This document shows positions 1 to 11,622 of a stretch of DNA of 64,000 bases, one piece after another. The DNA comes from Betaproteobacteria bacterium (GTDB lineage: Bacteria > Pseudomonadota > Gammaproteobacteria > Burkholderiales > Burkholderiaceae_C), in NCBI GenBank assembly GCA_025354965.1, contig JANXLW010000158.1, forward strand, positions 5,266 through 69,265. The letters are read 5' to 3'. The notes beneath the pieces were generated by a model. It saw only the letters and a list, made by a program, of their open reading frames with translations. It made no database searches and was not told the origin of the DNA. The position numbers and the translations under genes were made by a program. Every line of letters starts with the position of its first letter. Within the stretch, counting starts at the first letter, position 1.

Positions 1-395
<395 letters not shown>

Positions 396-436
396 GGCTA
401 ACTTTTCTAACGATTTTTCAAACTCTTGAATGACCA

Positions 437-469
437 AACCCGCAACGAACTTTTCGTTCATCGCGGGTT
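437..469 (-). terminator. Hairpin between dnaN and gyrB (possible attenuator/partial terminator)
   Basis: Inverted repeat AACCCGC...GCGGGTT with an inner GAAC/GTTC pair. Only a weak T tract follows on the minus strand. Confidence 0.3.
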
Positions 470-500
470 CGTGATTTGTATTGCTACAAATTTTTGGAGG

Positions 501-1607
501 CTAAATACGCATCGGCATCACCACGTATTTAAAAGTCGCGTTGTCAGGTATGGTGAACAAGGCCGAGCTGTTGCCGTCAGAGAGTTCCAGCTTGACCATT
601 TCCTGTGTCATGTTGGACAGTGCGTCAATCAGATAGGTCACATTGAAACCGATCTCGATACTGTCGCCGCCATAGTCAATATCCAACTCATCTACTGCTT
701 CTTCCTGCTCGGCGTTATTCGACGCCACACGCAGAGTACCGGGATCAATGTTCAAGCGTACGCCCTTGAACTTGTCACTGGTCAAAATGGCGGTACGCTG
801 CAACGTTGCCAGCAATGCGGCGCGCCCCAGTGTGATGCTGTTCTTGTGATTTTTGGGGATGACGCGGTTGTAGTCGGGGAACTTTCCTTCGACCAGCTTG
901 GTGACGAATTCCATGCCTTCAAAGCTGAACTTGGCCTGGTTGTTGGCAAACTGCATTTCAATTGCGCCTTGCGCATCGGACAGCAGACGTTGCAGCTCGA
1001 TGACGGTTTTGCGCGGCAATATAACCTCTTGTTTTGGTACGTCCACATCCAGGGTGGCCGAGGCAAAGGCCAGTCGATGGCCGTCGGTCGCCACCAAGCT
1101 TAGCTGTTTGCCCTCAGCCACAAACAAAATACCGTTGAGGTAATAGCGGATGTCATGCACTGCCATGGCAAACGACACTTGGCTCAGCAGATCTTTCAGG
1201 GTCTTTTGTGGTACGCTGAAAACGGGTCCAAAGTTGGCAGCCTCTTGCACTAGCGGAAAGTCTTCGGCAGCCATGGTTTGCAATGTGAACTTGCTTTTGC
1301 CGCCTTTGAGTATGAGTTTGGTCGCGTTCGATTCCAGCGACACGGTCTGATCGGCCGGCATGGTGCGCAGAATGTCAATCAGCTTGCGAGCGCCTACCGT
1401 CGTAGTGAATTCACCGACATCACCCTCCAGTTCAGCGCTAGTTCTGATCTGGATCTCAAGATCGCTGGTGGTAAGTTGTAAGGATGTGCCTGATTTCCGA
1501 ATCAAGACGTTGGCCAGGATGGGCAAAGTATGTCTGCGCTCAACAATACCGGCTACCGATTGCAGTACCGCTAGAACTTTGTCTTGTGTGGTTTTTAGGA
1601 CGATCAT
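501..1607 (-). CDS. dnaN: DNA polymerase III beta sliding clamp
   Basis: 368-aa ORF, MIVLKTTQDKVLAVLQSVAGIVERRHTLPILANVLI..., full-length clamp-like sequence directly downstream of dnaA. Confidence 0.97.
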   Translation of the reverse strand: MIVLKTTQDKVLAVLQSVAGIVERRHTLPILANVLIRKSGTSLQLTTSDLEIQIRTSAELEGDVGEFTTTVGARKLIDILRTMPADQTVSLESNATKLILKGGKSKFTLQTMAAEDFPLVQEAANFGPVFSVPQKTLKDLLSQVSFAMAVHDIRYYLNGILFVAEGKQLSLVATDGHRLAFASATLDVDVPKQEVILPRKTVIELQRLLSDAQGAIEMQFANNQAKFSFEGMEFVTKLVEGKFPDYNRVIPKNHKNSITLGRAALLATLQRTAILTSDKFKGVRLNIDPGTLRVASNNAEQEEAVDELDIDYGGDSIEIGFNVTYLIDALSNMTQEMVKLELSDGNSSALFTIPDNATFKYVVMPMRI

Positions 1608-1703
1608 GTCAACCTCTTAATAAATGTCTCTAGTTCAAATTAACAACGGACGGGAGTGCATTTGTTTCCATACCGCCATTTTCCACTTTATTTTTACCAG
1701 CTA

Positions 1704-3116
1704 TCAGCCTTTGAGTGTCTGTTCCAGCACGTGAAGTTGCTGATTCAATTCAGTCATTTGCTGACGTTCACCACCAATCTTGCGTACCGCGTGCAACACA
1801 GTGGTGTGGTCACGACCGCCAAACAACTCCCCAATTTCCGGGAGACTTTTTTGCGTTAGTTCCTTGGCCAGATACATCGCGATTTGACGCGGTCTGGCAA
1901 TGCTTGCGGGTCGCTTTTTGGAATACATGTCTGCAATTTTGATTTTGTAATAGTCAGCCACCGTTTTCTGGATGTTTTCAACCGAAATCTGTCGGTTCTG
2001 AATTGACAGCAAGTCGCGCAGCGCCTCACGGGCTAACAAGATGGAGATCTCTTTCTGATTGAAACGCGAGTACGCCAGAATCTTGCGCAAAGCTCCTTCC
2101 AATTCACGCACGTTTGAGCGCACATTCTTGGCGACGAAAAAGGCGACTTCTTCGGGCATCACAATGCCTTCAACCTGAGCCTTGGTGATCAGTATGGCAA
2201 CCCGCATTTCCAGTTCGGGTGGCTCAATGGCTACTGTAAGCCCTGAGTCAAAACGTGAAACGAGACGTTCATGTATATCCGCCAAGCCCTTCGGATAGGT
2301 GTCACTGGTCATCACAATGTGCGACTTCTTGGCCAGCAAAGCCTCGAACGCGTTAAAGAACTCTTCCTGGGTTCTCTCCTTGTTGGCAAAAAACTGCACG
2401 TCGTCAATCAGTAGCAAATCGAGTGAGTGGTAGCGCTCCTTGAATTCGTCAAATGTCTTGCGTTGATAGGCTTTAACCACATCCGAAACAAACTGCTCAG
2501 CGTGTATGTAGAGAACTTTGGCTGTTGGCATATCGGCCAGCAACCGGTTGCCCACCGCATGCATCAGATGGGTTTTGCCCAATCCAACACCGCCGTAAAT
2601 GAAAAGCGGGTTATACAAATGCCCTGGCATGCCCGCAACGTGCATCGCTGCGGCGCGCGCCATACGGTTGGCGGTTCCTTCAACCAGCGCTTCAAAGGTC
2701 AGCGCTGTATTGAGTCGGTTCTTGAAGCTATTGGGGGCTCGTTCTTCCCCTAACCCTGCCGAGTCTTCAATCGGCATCAGCTCTTCCGGCTGCTGGGACG
2801 AAAAGCTTCTGGGAATCGCTTCCCGAGGAGCAAGTGCTAACTCCACTTGAACAGATTGTCCGGAAAACCGACCCAGCAAACTGGCGATACGGGTGCTGTA
2901 CTGTGCCCTGACCCAATCCAGTTTGAACCGGTTAGCAACGAAAATTGTGACTTTGGTCAGGTCGTCAGTGACTTTGGCCGAAAGCGGTTTGATCCAGGTG
3001 TTGAACTGTTGCTCGGGGAGTTCCTGGGCCAATTGGTCGATGCAGGTTTGCCACAGGCTATGCCCGGCACCAAGACCGGTTGAATCCGGTTGGTCAAGGT
3101 AGTTTCCCTCTGTCAT
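1704..3116 (-). CDS. dnaA: Chromosomal replication initiator DnaA
   Basis: 470-aa ORF with AAA+ Walker [17 protein letters not shown] and the C-terminal DNA-binding helix region [14 protein letters not shown]...[11 protein letters not shown]. Confidence 0.98.
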   Translation of the reverse strand: MTEGNYLDQPDSTGLGAGHSLWQTCIDQLAQELPEQQFNTWIKPLSAKVTDDLTKVTIFVANRFKLDWVRAQYSTRIASLLGRFSGQSVQVELALAPREAIPRSFSSQQPEELMPIEDSAGLGEERAPNSFKNRLNTALTFEALVEGTANRMARAAAMHVAGMPGHLYNPLFIYGGVGLGKTHLMHAVGNRLLADMPTAKVLYIHAEQFVSDVVKAYQRKTFDEFKERYHSLDLLLIDDVQFFANKERTQEEFFNAFEALLAKKSHIVMTSDTYPKGLADIHERLVSRFDSGLTVAIEPPELEMRVAILITKAQVEGIVMPEEVAFFVAKNVRSNVRELEGALRKILAYSRFNQKEISILLAREALRDLLSIQNRQISVENIQKTVADYYKIKIADMYSKKRPASIARPRQIAMYLAKELTQKSLPEIGELFGGRDHTTVLHAVRKIGGERQQMTELNQQLHVLEQTLKG

Positions 3117-3132
3117 TGTCTGTATCAGCTTC

Positions 3133-3141
3133 TGTGGATAG
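3133..3141. promoter_or_regulatory. DnaA box (8/9 match, TGTGGATAg)
   Basis: tgtggatag lies 17 nt upstream of the dnaA start codon region. Consensus is TTATCCACA/TGTGGATAA. Confidence 0.6.
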
Positions 3142-3181
3142 TTTTAAATTGCTGCACCTTGGATTGTAATTTATGAGGCAT

Positions 3182-3190
3182 TTATCCACA
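3182..3190. promoter_or_regulatory. DnaA box (9/9 match, TTATCCACA)
   Basis: Perfect ttatccaca in the dnaA/rpmH divergent spacer, in inverted orientation to the box at 3133. Confidence 0.7.
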
Positions 3191-3382
3191 AGGAGAAAAT
3201 CCGGGCCAACATTTGCCTTGACACCTCCTGCACTACAAGCTGTATGTAATGTAAGGTGTTGCCGGGATTAAGAAAGTTTGCGATAATCGACGGTTCCCCT
3301 GATTGTGTTGGGGGAGACCAGACAACGGCCCGCATCTACTGATTGGTGGTGGGCTGTCATTGAGCCCTTTAGGATTTTCAAA

Positions 3383-3517
3383 ATGAAACGCACTTACCAA
3401 CCTTCCAAGATTCGCCGGGCCCGCACTCACGGCTTCCTGGTTCGCATGAAAACTCGTGGCGGTCGTGCTGTGATTAACGCCCGTCGCGCCAAAGGCCGCA
3501 AGCGCCTGGCAGTCTGA
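3383..3517 (+). CDS. rpmH: 50S ribosomal protein L34
   Basis: [44 protein letters not shown], 44 aa. The internal ATG of track ORF 3305..3517 was chosen as the start. Confidence 0.97.
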   Translation: MKRTYQPSKIRRARTHGFLVRMKTRGGRAVINARRAKGRKRLAV

Positions 3518-3534
3518 TCCTCACGGTTCCAGCA

Positions 3535-4017
3535 GTGCGCACCTGCTTGCAGTTCTGGCGCCGCATCCAATTGAAGCGATTAACAACGCGGAGCCAGTTT
3601 CAGGCTGTACTGGCTGGCGGCATGGTAGCGCGCACGACCCATTTTGCATTGCATTGCGTTGCGCTGAACGGGCCTGTTGTTATCCGGAAAACTCTGAAAT
3701 CTTCAATCCTGCCGAAGCCGGAACTGTTTGGAGTGAAGGATGTGTGGATGGGCGCCATGGTTCCCAAGCGATGGGCCAAACGGGCAGTCACCCGCAATGC
3801 CATCAAACGACAAATTTACAGTGTGAGCGCAAGTTTTGAGTCTGCGCTTCCCAAGGCTGCGCATGTGCTTCGTTTGCGTGCCAGTTTCGACAGAACCGAA
3901 TTCCCCAGCGCTACTTCGCAACTGCTCAAAGCCACTGTTCGCAACGAATTGCTGCAACTGTTTGCCAGTGTGGTGGCGCGCCCATATTTACCCAATGCGA
4001 AGCTCGGTGCAACATGA
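3535..4017 (+). CDS. rnpA: Ribonuclease P protein component
   Basis: Follows rpmH. Basic protein with LTTRSQFQAVL...KRWAKRAVTRNAIKRQIY, typical of RnpA. The start is uncertain; an in-frame TTG at 3571 would give a more typical length. Confidence 0.8.
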   Translation: MRTCLQFWRRIQLKRLTTRSQFQAVLAGGMVARTTHFALHCVALNGPVVIRKTLKSSILPKPELFGVKDVWMGAMVPKRWAKRAVTRNAIKRQIYSVSASFESALPKAAHVLRLRASFDRTEFPSATSQLLKATVRNELLQLFASVVARPYLPNAKLGAT

Positions 4018-4286
4018 TTAGAGACGTGCTCATCAGCCTTGTCAGGGGCTATCGTCTGCTGTTGAGCCCTTGGTTGGGATCGTCATGCAGATTTGAGCCC
4101 ACTTGCTCAGTGTATTCAATGCAGGCCCTGCAGACGCATGGCGCCGCCGCTGGTTCTTATTTGACGCTGACGCGACTGGGTCGTTGCCATCCTTGGTGCG
4201 TGGGTGGTTCAGATCCTGTGCCTAGCGCAACTCCCCGGCTGTTTGCCCAGCTGACAACCTCTCCCACTGAAAAGAAGTCTTCATGA
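4014..4286 (+). CDS. yidD: Membrane protein insertion efficiency factor YidD
   Basis: RGYRLLLSPWLGSSCRFEPTCSVYSMQALQTHG...RCHPW motif. Overlaps rnpA and yidC by 4 nt each. Confidence 0.9.
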   Translation: MIRDVLISLVRGYRLLLSPWLGSSCRFEPTCSVYSMQALQTHGAAAGSYLTLTRLGRCHPWCVGGSDPVPSATPRLFAQLTTSPTEKKSS

Positions 4287-5995
4287 ACGATATTCGCCGC
4301 ACCATTTTGTGGGTGATTTTTGGTTTTTCCATGGTTTTGCTGTGGGACAAATGGCAGGTTTACAACGGACACAAGGCCACATTTTTTCCTGGTCCGGCTA
4401 GCACGACCGTCAACGCCAATCCGCCGTCAGCGCCGTCCAGTGTGCCAACGGTGGTTCCTGTTGCAAATTCGACGGCTAGCAGTGCCCAGATGCCTGGGCC
4501 AATCGGTCAATTGAACTCTGCGGTGAGCGCGACTGGCGTAGCTCACGAACGTTTTGTAGTGGCGACCGATGTGCTCAAACTGACGTTTGACACCGAGGGC
4601 GCTTCACTGGTGCAGACCGCGTTCATTAGGCACGTTGACATGAGTGACAAGAGCAAGAACTTTGTTTTGCTTGACGAAAATAAGGACCGTACCTATGTGG
4701 CGCAATCAGGCTTGATCGCGGGGGCCGCAGGGGGTACATTCCCAACGCATAAGACAGTCATGACGCTAGTTCCAGGTGAACACACATTAGTGGAAGGCAG
4801 CAAAGAACTGGTGATCCGATTTGAGTCACCCGAACTGGGTGGTGTCAAGTTGGTGAAAACTTTCACGTTGACGCGCGGTTCGTACGCGGTGGCAGTCAAA
4901 CATGAAGTGGTCAATCTGGGTGCGGTCGCAGTGTCCCCTCAGCTCTACCTGCAGTTGGTCCGTGATGGCAATAAGCCTTTGGGGGAATCTTCTTTTTATT
5001 CAACCTTTACCGGCCCAGCAATCTATACCGAGGCCAAGAAATACCAGAAAGTGGAATTTAAGGACATCGAAAACAACAAGGTGGATGTCGAAAAGACGGC
5101 TGAAAACGGCTATGTGGCTATGGTTCAGCATTATTTTGCCAGCGCGTGGTTATTGGGTGATGGCATCAAACGCGATTTATTCTTCCGTAAGGTTGACACC
5201 AATTTGTATGCCGTCGGCATGATCACTTCGCTAAACGATATTGCACCGGGCAGCAGTAAAACGATAGCTGCAACATTCTTTGCAGGTCCCCAGGAAGAAA
5301 AAGTGCTGGAATCGTTGGCAAATGGACTCGAGCTGGTCAAAGACTACGGTTGGCTCACAATTTTGGCCAAACCCTTGTACTGGTTGCTGGACAAACTGCA
5401 AACCTTAATCGGCAATTGGGGTTGGTCCATCATGGCCCTCGTTTTGCTGTTGAAAGCAGCCTTTTACTGGCTCAATGCCAAGGCTTACGCCAGCATGGCC
5501 AAGATGAAAGCCATCAATCCAAAGATAACTGAAATGCGGGAACGGCTGAAAGACAGTCCGCAGCAGATGCAGCAAGAGATGATGCGCATCTACCGGGAGG
5601 AAAAGGTCAATCCGATGGGTGGCTGTTTCCCGATCATGATCCAGATTCCAGTGTTCATCGCGTTGTACTGGGTGCTGTTGTCAAGCGTCGAAATGCGCAA
5701 TGCGCCCTGGGTGATGTGGATTCACGACCTTTCATCACCTGACCCTTTCTATATTCTGCCTATCGTCATGACTTTAACTACGGTGCTGCAAACAGCCCTT
5801 AACCCAGCACCGCCAGACCCTATGCAGGCCAAGATGATGTGGTTCATGCCGTTGGCGTTCAGTGTGATGTTCTTCTTCTTTCCGGCGGGACTGGTGTTGT
5901 ACTGGATCACCAATAACGTCTTGTCGATCGCGCAGCAGTGGGTCATCAACACTCGCATGGGTGTGCCACCGCAATTCAACTTGCCCAAGTTCTGA
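4283..5995 (+). CDS. yidC: Membrane protein insertase YidC
   Basis: 570-aa ORF with an N-terminal TM segment, a large periplasmic domain and a C-terminal Oxa1-like core ([19 protein letters not shown]...[13 protein letters not shown]). Confidence 0.96.
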   Translation: MNDIRRTILWVIFGFSMVLLWDKWQVYNGHKATFFPGPASTTVNANPPSAPSSVPTVVPVANSTASSAQMPGPIGQLNSAVSATGVAHERFVVATDVLKLTFDTEGASLVQTAFIRHVDMSDKSKNFVLLDENKDRTYVAQSGLIAGAAGGTFPTHKTVMTLVPGEHTLVEGSKELVIRFESPELGGVKLVKTFTLTRGSYAVAVKHEVVNLGAVAVSPQLYLQLVRDGNKPLGESSFYSTFTGPAIYTEAKKYQKVEFKDIENNKVDVEKTAENGYVAMVQHYFASAWLLGDGIKRDLFFRKVDTNLYAVGMITSLNDIAPGSSKTIAATFFAGPQEEKVLESLANGLELVKDYGWLTILAKPLYWLLDKLQTLIGNWGWSIMALVLLLKAAFYWLNAKAYASMAKMKAINPKITEMRERLKDSPQQMQQEMMRIYREEKVNPMGGCFPIMIQIPVFIALYWVLLSSVEMRNAPWVMWIHDLSSPDPFYILPIVMTLTTVLQTALNPAPPDPMQAKMMWFMPLAFSVMFFFFPAGLVLYWITNNVLSIAQQWVINTRMGVPPQFNLPKF

Positions 5996-6003
5996 GCCGG
6001 AGC

Positions 6004-7410
6004 GTGCTGCCGCGTCATCAGGATCCCATAGTAGCCATAGCCACCGCTCCCGGTCGAGGTGCGGTGGGCATTGTCCGGATCAGCGGGAGAAACCTTAAGG
6101 CGCTGATTGAGGGACTGTTTGCACGGCAATTGACACCCCGCGAGGCGACTTATCTACCCTTCCTTGATCACAGCGGGCAAGCGATCGATCGCGGGTTGGT
6201 GATTTATTTTCCAGCACCCTACTCGTTCACCGGCGAGGATGTTCTGGAGTTGCAGGCGCATGGTGGACCGGTCGTTTTGCAGCTCCTGCTGGCTCGTTGT
6301 ATGCAAGCCGGTGCAGAACCTGATCCCGTCAGTCACGCACCAAGGCTGTCGGGTATGCGAATCGCGCTGCCTGGTGAATTCAGCGAGCGCGCATTCCTCA
6401 ACGACAAGATTGATCTGGCGCAGGCAGAAGCAATTGCCGATCTGATTGATGCCAGCACCGAGCTCGCCGCCCGCAGCGCCAGTCTCTCCCTATCGGGTGC
6501 ATTCTCGAAAAAAATCCACGACCTGCGTGACACGCTGATTCAGTTGCGTATGTTGGTTGAAGCGACGCTGGACTTTCCAGAAGAGGAAATTGATTTCCTG
6601 CGCCAGGCAGACGCGTACGGCCAGCTATTGGAGTTGCAGCAGATCTTGAAAACCGTGTTGCAACAGGCCCACCAGGGCGCCCTGTTGCGCGACGGTATCT
6701 CGGTGGTGATTGCGGGCCAGCCCAACGCCGGTAAGTCATCCCTGCTAAACGCCTTGGCAGGCGCTGAACTGGCGATTGTCACTTCGATTGCCGGTACTAC
6801 CCGTGACAGGGTGCGGCAAACCATTCAAATCGAGGGCGTACCGGTACATGTGATTGACACTGCAGGCCTGCGCGAAAGCGCTGATGAGGTGGAAAAACTT
6901 GGTATCGCACGCGCCTGGGATGCCATCGCGACCGCTGATGTTGTTTTGTTTTTGCATGATCTGACCCGTTGCGAGGCGACAAATTACAAGTTGGATGACG
7001 CAGTGATTGCCAGATTACTAGCCCAAAAACTACCATCAAAAGTACCCATCATTGACATCTGGAACAAGGCCGATGCAGTGGAACCCACCAGCCGTGACCG
7101 GGGTCTGATTTTGTCGGCCAAAACCGGGGCTGGTCTGGATACTCTGCGCCACAACTTGCTTGAGTTAGCGGGTTGGCAGTCTGCACCGGAAGGTGTCTAC
7201 ATTTCCCGCGAGCGGCACCTACAAGCCTTGCGCCGGGCGGACATACATTTGATGCAAGCCAAAGTCCATTTGGCGGCCAACGCACGGGCGTTGGACCTGC
7301 TGGCGGAAGAACTTCGTTTGGCACAAAACGCTTTGAGTGAAATAACCGGCGAATTTACGTCCGATGATCTGCTGGGTGTAATTTTCTCGAAATTCTGTAT
7401 CGGGAAATGA
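6004..7410 (+). CDS. mnmE: tRNA modification GTPase MnmE (TrmE)
   Basis: [23 protein letters not shown]-terminus, G domain [14 protein letters not shown] / DTAGLR, C-terminal FCIGK. Start placed at the in-frame GTG 6004 just after the yidC stop; the track ORF begins at 5938 inside yidC. Confidence 0.93.
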   Translation: MLPRHQDPIVAIATAPGRGAVGIVRISGRNLKALIEGLFARQLTPREATYLPFLDHSGQAIDRGLVIYFPAPYSFTGEDVLELQAHGGPVVLQLLLARCMQAGAEPDPVSHAPRLSGMRIALPGEFSERAFLNDKIDLAQAEAIADLIDASTELAARSASLSLSGAFSKKIHDLRDTLIQLRMLVEATLDFPEEEIDFLRQADAYGQLLELQQILKTVLQQAHQGALLRDGISVVIAGQPNAGKSSLLNALAGAELAIVTSIAGTTRDRVRQTIQIEGVPVHVIDTAGLRESADEVEKLGIARAWDAIATADVVLFLHDLTRCEATNYKLDDAVIARLLAQKLPSKVPIIDIWNKADAVEPTSRDRGLILSAKTGAGLDTLRHNLLELAGWQSAPEGVYISRERHLQALRRADIHLMQAKVHLAANARALDLLAEELRLAQNALSEITGEFTSDDLLGVIFSKFCIGK

Positions 7411-7426
7411 GCTGTTCCGCTGCGCC

Positions 7427-7981
7427 TCAGTGTCCGGCGAAATCGATCAACGTGAAAAGCGGCAGACCAGAGGACTTGAGTTTGGCCGAGCCGCCAAGCT
7501 CCGGCAGATCGACAATGGCGGCCCCTTCGATCACTTGAGCCCCCAGTTTTTCGAGCAACTTCATGCCGGCCATCATGGTGCCGCCGGTGGCGATTAGGTC
7601 GTCGATCAGCAACACGCGGTCACCGGGCTTGACGGCATCAGTGTGCAACTCCACGGTGGCGCTGCCGTATTCCAGCTCGTAGGTCTCTTCTACTGTGGTG
7701 AACGGCAGCTTGCCTTTCTTGCGGATGGGAACGAAACCGACGTTCAGTTCGTAGGCAACCACAGCGCCCAAAATGAAGCCACGGGCATCAAGCCCGGCCA
7801 CAACATCGGGACGCATGGCAGGATCCATGTAGCGATGGACGAAAGCGTCTATCAGTACTCGAAATACCCTGGCTTCCTGCAGCAGCGGTGTGATGTCGCG
7901 AAACTGCACACCCGGAGCAGGCCAGTCAGGCACGGTACGTATGTGATCTCTGAGGTACTGGTTGACACTGAGGTTTTGCAT
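7427..7981 (-). CDS. apt: Adenine phosphoribosyltransferase
   Basis: 184 aa with the PRPP-binding motif [13 protein letters not shown]. Confidence 0.95.
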   Translation of the reverse strand: MQNLSVNQYLRDHIRTVPDWPAPGVQFRDITPLLQEARVFRVLIDAFVHRYMDPAMRPDVVAGLDARGFILGAVVAYELNVGFVPIRKKGKLPFTTVEETYELEYGSATVELHTDAVKPGDRVLLIDDLIATGGTMMAGMKLLEKLGAQVIEGAAIVDLPELGGSAKLKSSGLPLFTLIDFAGH

Positions 7982-8048
7982 TGCGCGGGATGTTGGGGTT
8001 GGAGTCTGTATTGTGCATCGTGCCCGCTTTCTTGCCAGGGTTGACTAG

Positions 8049-10034
8049 TCAGCCTCTAAGCAATTTCTGCTCGGCCGAGGCCAATGTTTCGGACTTGCCT
8101 GACAGCACCAGCGTATCGCCATCCTCAATCAGCGGGTCTGTTGCAATCGACATGACCTTGCCGCCATGGCGCCGCAGGCTGACGATACGAACGTCCAGTC
8201 CGTGAACGCAAAGGTGGCTCAGAGGCTTGCCGATAGACTTGGCGCCCCGCGGCAACGTCAGTGACGACAGCCGCTCCTGATGGAGTTCGTCCAGTGAGTC
8301 GTCATCGGCCCCATGGAAGTAGCCACGAAGCAGGTTGTAGCGTGCATCGCGTTGATCCTGCACCATGCGAATCACGCGTCGCATGGGTACACCCACCAAT
8401 GCCAGCGCATGACTGGCCAGCATCAATGAGCCTTCAATCGCCTCCGGCACTACTTCTGTGGCGCCGGCATGCTGGAGTGCTTCCAGATCATGATCATCCT
8501 GGGTTCGCACAATGACAGGCACCTGCGGTGCATGGGCCCGCGTATGCGCCAGCACCTTCATGGCACCGGGGACTTCAAGATAGGTGATGACCACGGCACT
8601 GGCGCGGGCCAGACCTGCTGCGATCAGAGCTTGAAGGCGAGCGGCATCTCCGAAAACAACGGAGTCACCGGCGGCGGCGGCCTGGCGCACTCGGTCCGGG
8701 TCAAGATCAAGCGCGATGTAGGGAATACCTTCTAGTTCTAGCATGCGAGCCAGGTTCTGTCCGCAGCGGCCATACCCGCAAATAATCACATGCTTGTTCA
8801 CGTTGATTGACTTGCGGGCAATGCTTGTCATTTGCAGGGACTGTTGCAGCCATTCACTGCTCACCAACTTCATCACAATTCGGTTGCTGTACAAAATGAC
8901 GAATGGTGTGGCCAGCATCGACAGCACCATGCTGGCCAGTATTGGGTTTAGCAGGGTCGGAGGCACTAGCGCGTTGGTTTGGGCCAGTGTCAACAGGACA
9001 AATCCGAACTCGCCCGCCTGTGCGAGATAGAGTCCGGTGCGCAGAGAAACGCCTGAAGTGGCGCCCAATCCGCGTGCCAACGCCGCCACCAGTACGGCCT
9101 TGAACAATACTGGCAAAGTGATCAGCAAAAGCACCAGGGGCCATCTCTCCAGCACCAGGCGCCAGTCCAACATCATCCCGATGCTGATGAAAAACAGGCC
9201 CAGCAAAACATCGTGAAACGGCCGGATATCAGTCTCTACCTGTTGCTTGTATTGCGTCTCCGAGATCAGCATGCCTGCGATAAATGCCCCCAGCGCCAAG
9301 CTTAAGCCTGCCAGCTCGGTCAACCAGGCCAGACCCAATGTGATGAGCAGAAGATTGAGCACAAACAACTCTTCGCTTTTTCGCCGTGCCACCAGGGTCA
9401 GCCACCATCGGATCACAGTTGGCCCACCGACCAGCAGCAAAGCTATTAATACCGTTGCTTTGAGTGCCGCCAGCACCATCGTTTCGAACATCCGCTCGGC
9501 GCTAGCCCCGAGCGCTGGGATCAGTACCAACAGTGGGACCACAGCCAGATCCTGAAACAACAATATCCCCATGACCCGTTTGCCGTGTTCCGACTCCATT
9601 TCCAGCCGCTCAGTCATCAGTTTGACCACAATCGCCGTACTGCTCATGGCGAGCGCACCCGACAACGCGAGTGCCGTTTGCCATCCCATACCCCACAACT
9701 TTGGTGCAATAAGTGCCAACCCCATGGCGGCTGCCGTGGCCCCGAGCATCGTGAGCAGAACCTGGAAAAACCCCAATCCGAACACATGGTTGCGCATGGC
9801 GCGTAGTTTGGTCAAGTTGAACTCAAGCCCGATGACAAACATCAAGAAGACCACACCAAACTCGCCCAAGTGGCGCACACCATCGGCGTTCTTCGCCAGC
9901 GCCAGCGCATTGGGGCCGATCACTACCCCCACTGACAAATATCCCAGCATCGGGGGCAGCTTCAAGAAACGACAGGCGACCACACCCAGCACAGCGGCCA
10001 GTAGGTACAGCAATGTGAGTTCAAGCGGGCTCAT
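8049..10034 (-). CDS. Monovalent cation:proton antiporter-2 (CPA2) family protein with TrkA-N and TrkA-C domains (KefB/YbaL-like)
   Basis: 661 aa. About 390 aa of polytopic Na_H-exchanger-like membrane domain, then a Rossmann motif ICGYGRCG and a C-terminal TrkA-C-like segment. Confidence 0.88.
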   Translation of the reverse strand: MSPLELTLLYLLAAVLGVVACRFLKLPPMLGYLSVGVVIGPNALALAKNADGVRHLGEFGVVFLMFVIGLEFNLTKLRAMRNHVFGLGFFQVLLTMLGATAAAMGLALIAPKLWGMGWQTALALSGALAMSSTAIVVKLMTERLEMESEHGKRVMGILLFQDLAVVPLLVLIPALGASAERMFETMVLAALKATVLIALLLVGGPTVIRWWLTLVARRKSEELFVLNLLLITLGLAWLTELAGLSLALGAFIAGMLISETQYKQQVETDIRPFHDVLLGLFFISIGMMLDWRLVLERWPLVLLLITLPVLFKAVLVAALARGLGATSGVSLRTGLYLAQAGEFGFVLLTLAQTNALVPPTLLNPILASMVLSMLATPFVILYSNRIVMKLVSSEWLQQSLQMTSIARKSINVNKHVIICGYGRCGQNLARMLELEGIPYIALDLDPDRVRQAAAAGDSVVFGDAARLQALIAAGLARASAVVITYLEVPGAMKVLAHTRAHAPQVPVIVRTQDDHDLEALQHAGATEVVPEAIEGSLMLASHALALVGVPMRRVIRMVQDQRDARYNLLRGYFHGADDDSLDELHQERLSSLTLPRGAKSIGKPLSHLCVHGLDVRIVSLRRHGGKVMSIATDPLIEDGDTLVLSGKSETLASAEQKLLRG

Positions 10035-10078
10035 TCCCGGATACTAGCAAGTCGCGCCTTCATCTATAAAATGGCGCC

Positions 10079-11080
10079 ATGACAAGCAACGACAATGCCG
10101 CTCGAATCTCTCAGGCGGAGCAGGCAATACGCCTGGCACGGGACACCCTGGATATCGAGGCTGCGGCAGTTTTGGGTTTAAAGCAACACCTGGGGCAGTC
10201 GTTTGCCCGAGCAGTGGAGATGATGCTGGATGTGACTGGTCGCGTGGTAGTGATGGGGATGGGAAAGAGCGGCCATATCGGGCGCAAGATCGCGGCCACC
10301 CTGGCCTCAACCGGCACTCCAGCCATGTTTGTGCACCCGGCCGAGGCCAGTCATGGTGACCTCGGCATGATCACGCCTGTCGATCTTGTGCTAGCCATCT
10401 CGAACAGCGGTGAATCAGAAGAGTTGACTGCCATCCTGCCGGTGCTCAAGCGGATGGGCACACCCCTGATTGCCATGACTGGCAGGGCGGAATCGACCTT
10501 GTCCCGCCATGCGGACGTATTTCTTGACTGCGGGGTTGAGAAAGAAGCCTGCCCCCTGAATCTGGCTCCTACCGCAAGTACAACGGCGCAACTGGCACTG
10601 GGCGACGCGTTGGCCGTAGCCCTGCTTGATGCGCGTGGTTTCAAGGCTGAAGATTTTGCACGATCCCACCCTGGTGGCGCACTTGGGCGCAAGCTGCTAA
10701 CCCATGTCAGTGACGTTATGCGAAGCGGCGATAACGTGCCCAAGGTCGGACCACGGGCCAGTTTCACCGAGTTGATGCGGGAGATGAGCGTGAAGGGCTT
10801 GGGCGCTACGGCCATTGCGGATGAAAATTCGGCAGTGCTCGGGATTTTTACCGATGGCGACTTACGCCGCCTGGTTGAGAAAGGGATTGACTTGCGTAGC
10901 AGCACGGCGCAGCAGGTCATGCACGCCAATCCTCGCACCATTGCCAGCGACGCACTGGCCGTGGAAGCTGCCGAATTGATGGAGCAGCACTGCATCACCA
11001 GCGTGCTGGTGCTGGATAAGGCGGGTCGATTGTGCGGTGCTGTCAACAGCAATGACCTGATGCGTGCGAAGGTCATTTGA
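10079..11080 (+). CDS. kdsD: Arabinose-5-phosphate isomerase (SIS + tandem CBS)
   Basis: VVVMGMGKSGHIGRKIAATLASTGTPA SIS motif with a C-terminal CBS pair. Followed by kdsC-lptC. Confidence 0.93.
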   Translation: MTSNDNAARISQAEQAIRLARDTLDIEAAAVLGLKQHLGQSFARAVEMMLDVTGRVVVMGMGKSGHIGRKIAATLASTGTPAMFVHPAEASHGDLGMITPVDLVLAISNSGESEELTAILPVLKRMGTPLIAMTGRAESTLSRHADVFLDCGVEKEACPLNLAPTASTTAQLALGDALAVALLDARGFKAEDFARSHPGGALGRKLLTHVSDVMRSGDNVPKVGPRASFTELMREMSVKGLGATAIADENSAVLGIFTDGDLRRLVEKGIDLRSSTAQQVMHANPRTIASDALAVEAAELMEQHCITSVLVLDKAGRLCGAVNSNDLMRAKVI

Positions 11081-11622
11081 TGACTCCAAGCGTCAATTTT
11101 CCACCGGAATTGTTGCTCTTGGCACAGGACATCCGGGTGGTTTTCTTTGATGTCGATGGTGTCCTGACCGACGGTGGGCTGTACTTCACGGCATCGGGGG
11201 AAACCATCAAACGGTTTCATACGCTGGACGGTCACGGCCTCAAACTGCTAATGCGTGCCAACATTACGCCGGCGGTCATTACTGGGCGCGATTCAAAACC
11301 ACTGCGTTTGCGGCTTGCAGCTTTGGGCATTCAGCATGTGCATTACGGAACCGAAGACAAACGTCCCGCTGCCGAACAAACTCTTCAGGTTTTGGGGTTT
11401 GGCTGGGATCAGGCGGCGGCGATGGGAGACGACTGGGCAGATCTTGCTGTTATGCGGCAAAGTGCATTTGCTTGTGCTCCGAAAAATGCGCATAGCGAGG
11501 TTAAATCAATCTCGCACTACATCACCAGCGCTCGGGGTGGCGAAGGCGCCGTCAGGGAGTTGTGTGACCTATTGCTGATTGCCAGTGGCAGATATGCCGG
11601 ATTTCTTGCGGACAGCATGTAG
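11077..11622 (+). CDS. kdsC: 3-deoxy-D-manno-octulosonate 8-phosphate phosphatase
   Basis: HAD motif FFDVDGVLTDG...GDDWADL. 4-nt overlap with kdsD. Confidence 0.92.
   Translation: MMTPSVNFPPELLLLAQDIRVVFFDVDGVLTDGGLYFTASGETIKRFHTLDGHGLKLLMRANITPAVITGRDSKPLRLRLAALGIQHVHYGTEDKRPAAEQTLQVLGFGWDQAAAMGDDWADLAVMRQSAFACAPKNAHSEVKSISHYITSARGGEGAVRELCDLLLIASGRYAGFLADSM

Noticed and set aside
426-1103. 225-aa ORF on the plus strand
   Set aside because: It is antisense to dnaN, whose identity is unambiguous.
5938-6003. N-terminal extension of the mnmE ORF overlapping yidC
   Set aside because: The extension ([14 protein letters not shown]...) lies inside the yidC coding sequence and has no MnmE similarity. 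The in-frame GTG at 6004 just after the yidC stop gives the conserved N-terminus.
10351-11235. 294-aa ORF on the minus strand
   Set aside because: It is entirely antisense to the well-supported kdsD gene. Its Ser/Arg/Ala-rich composition is typical of shadow frames in GC-rich DNA, and I recognise no motif.
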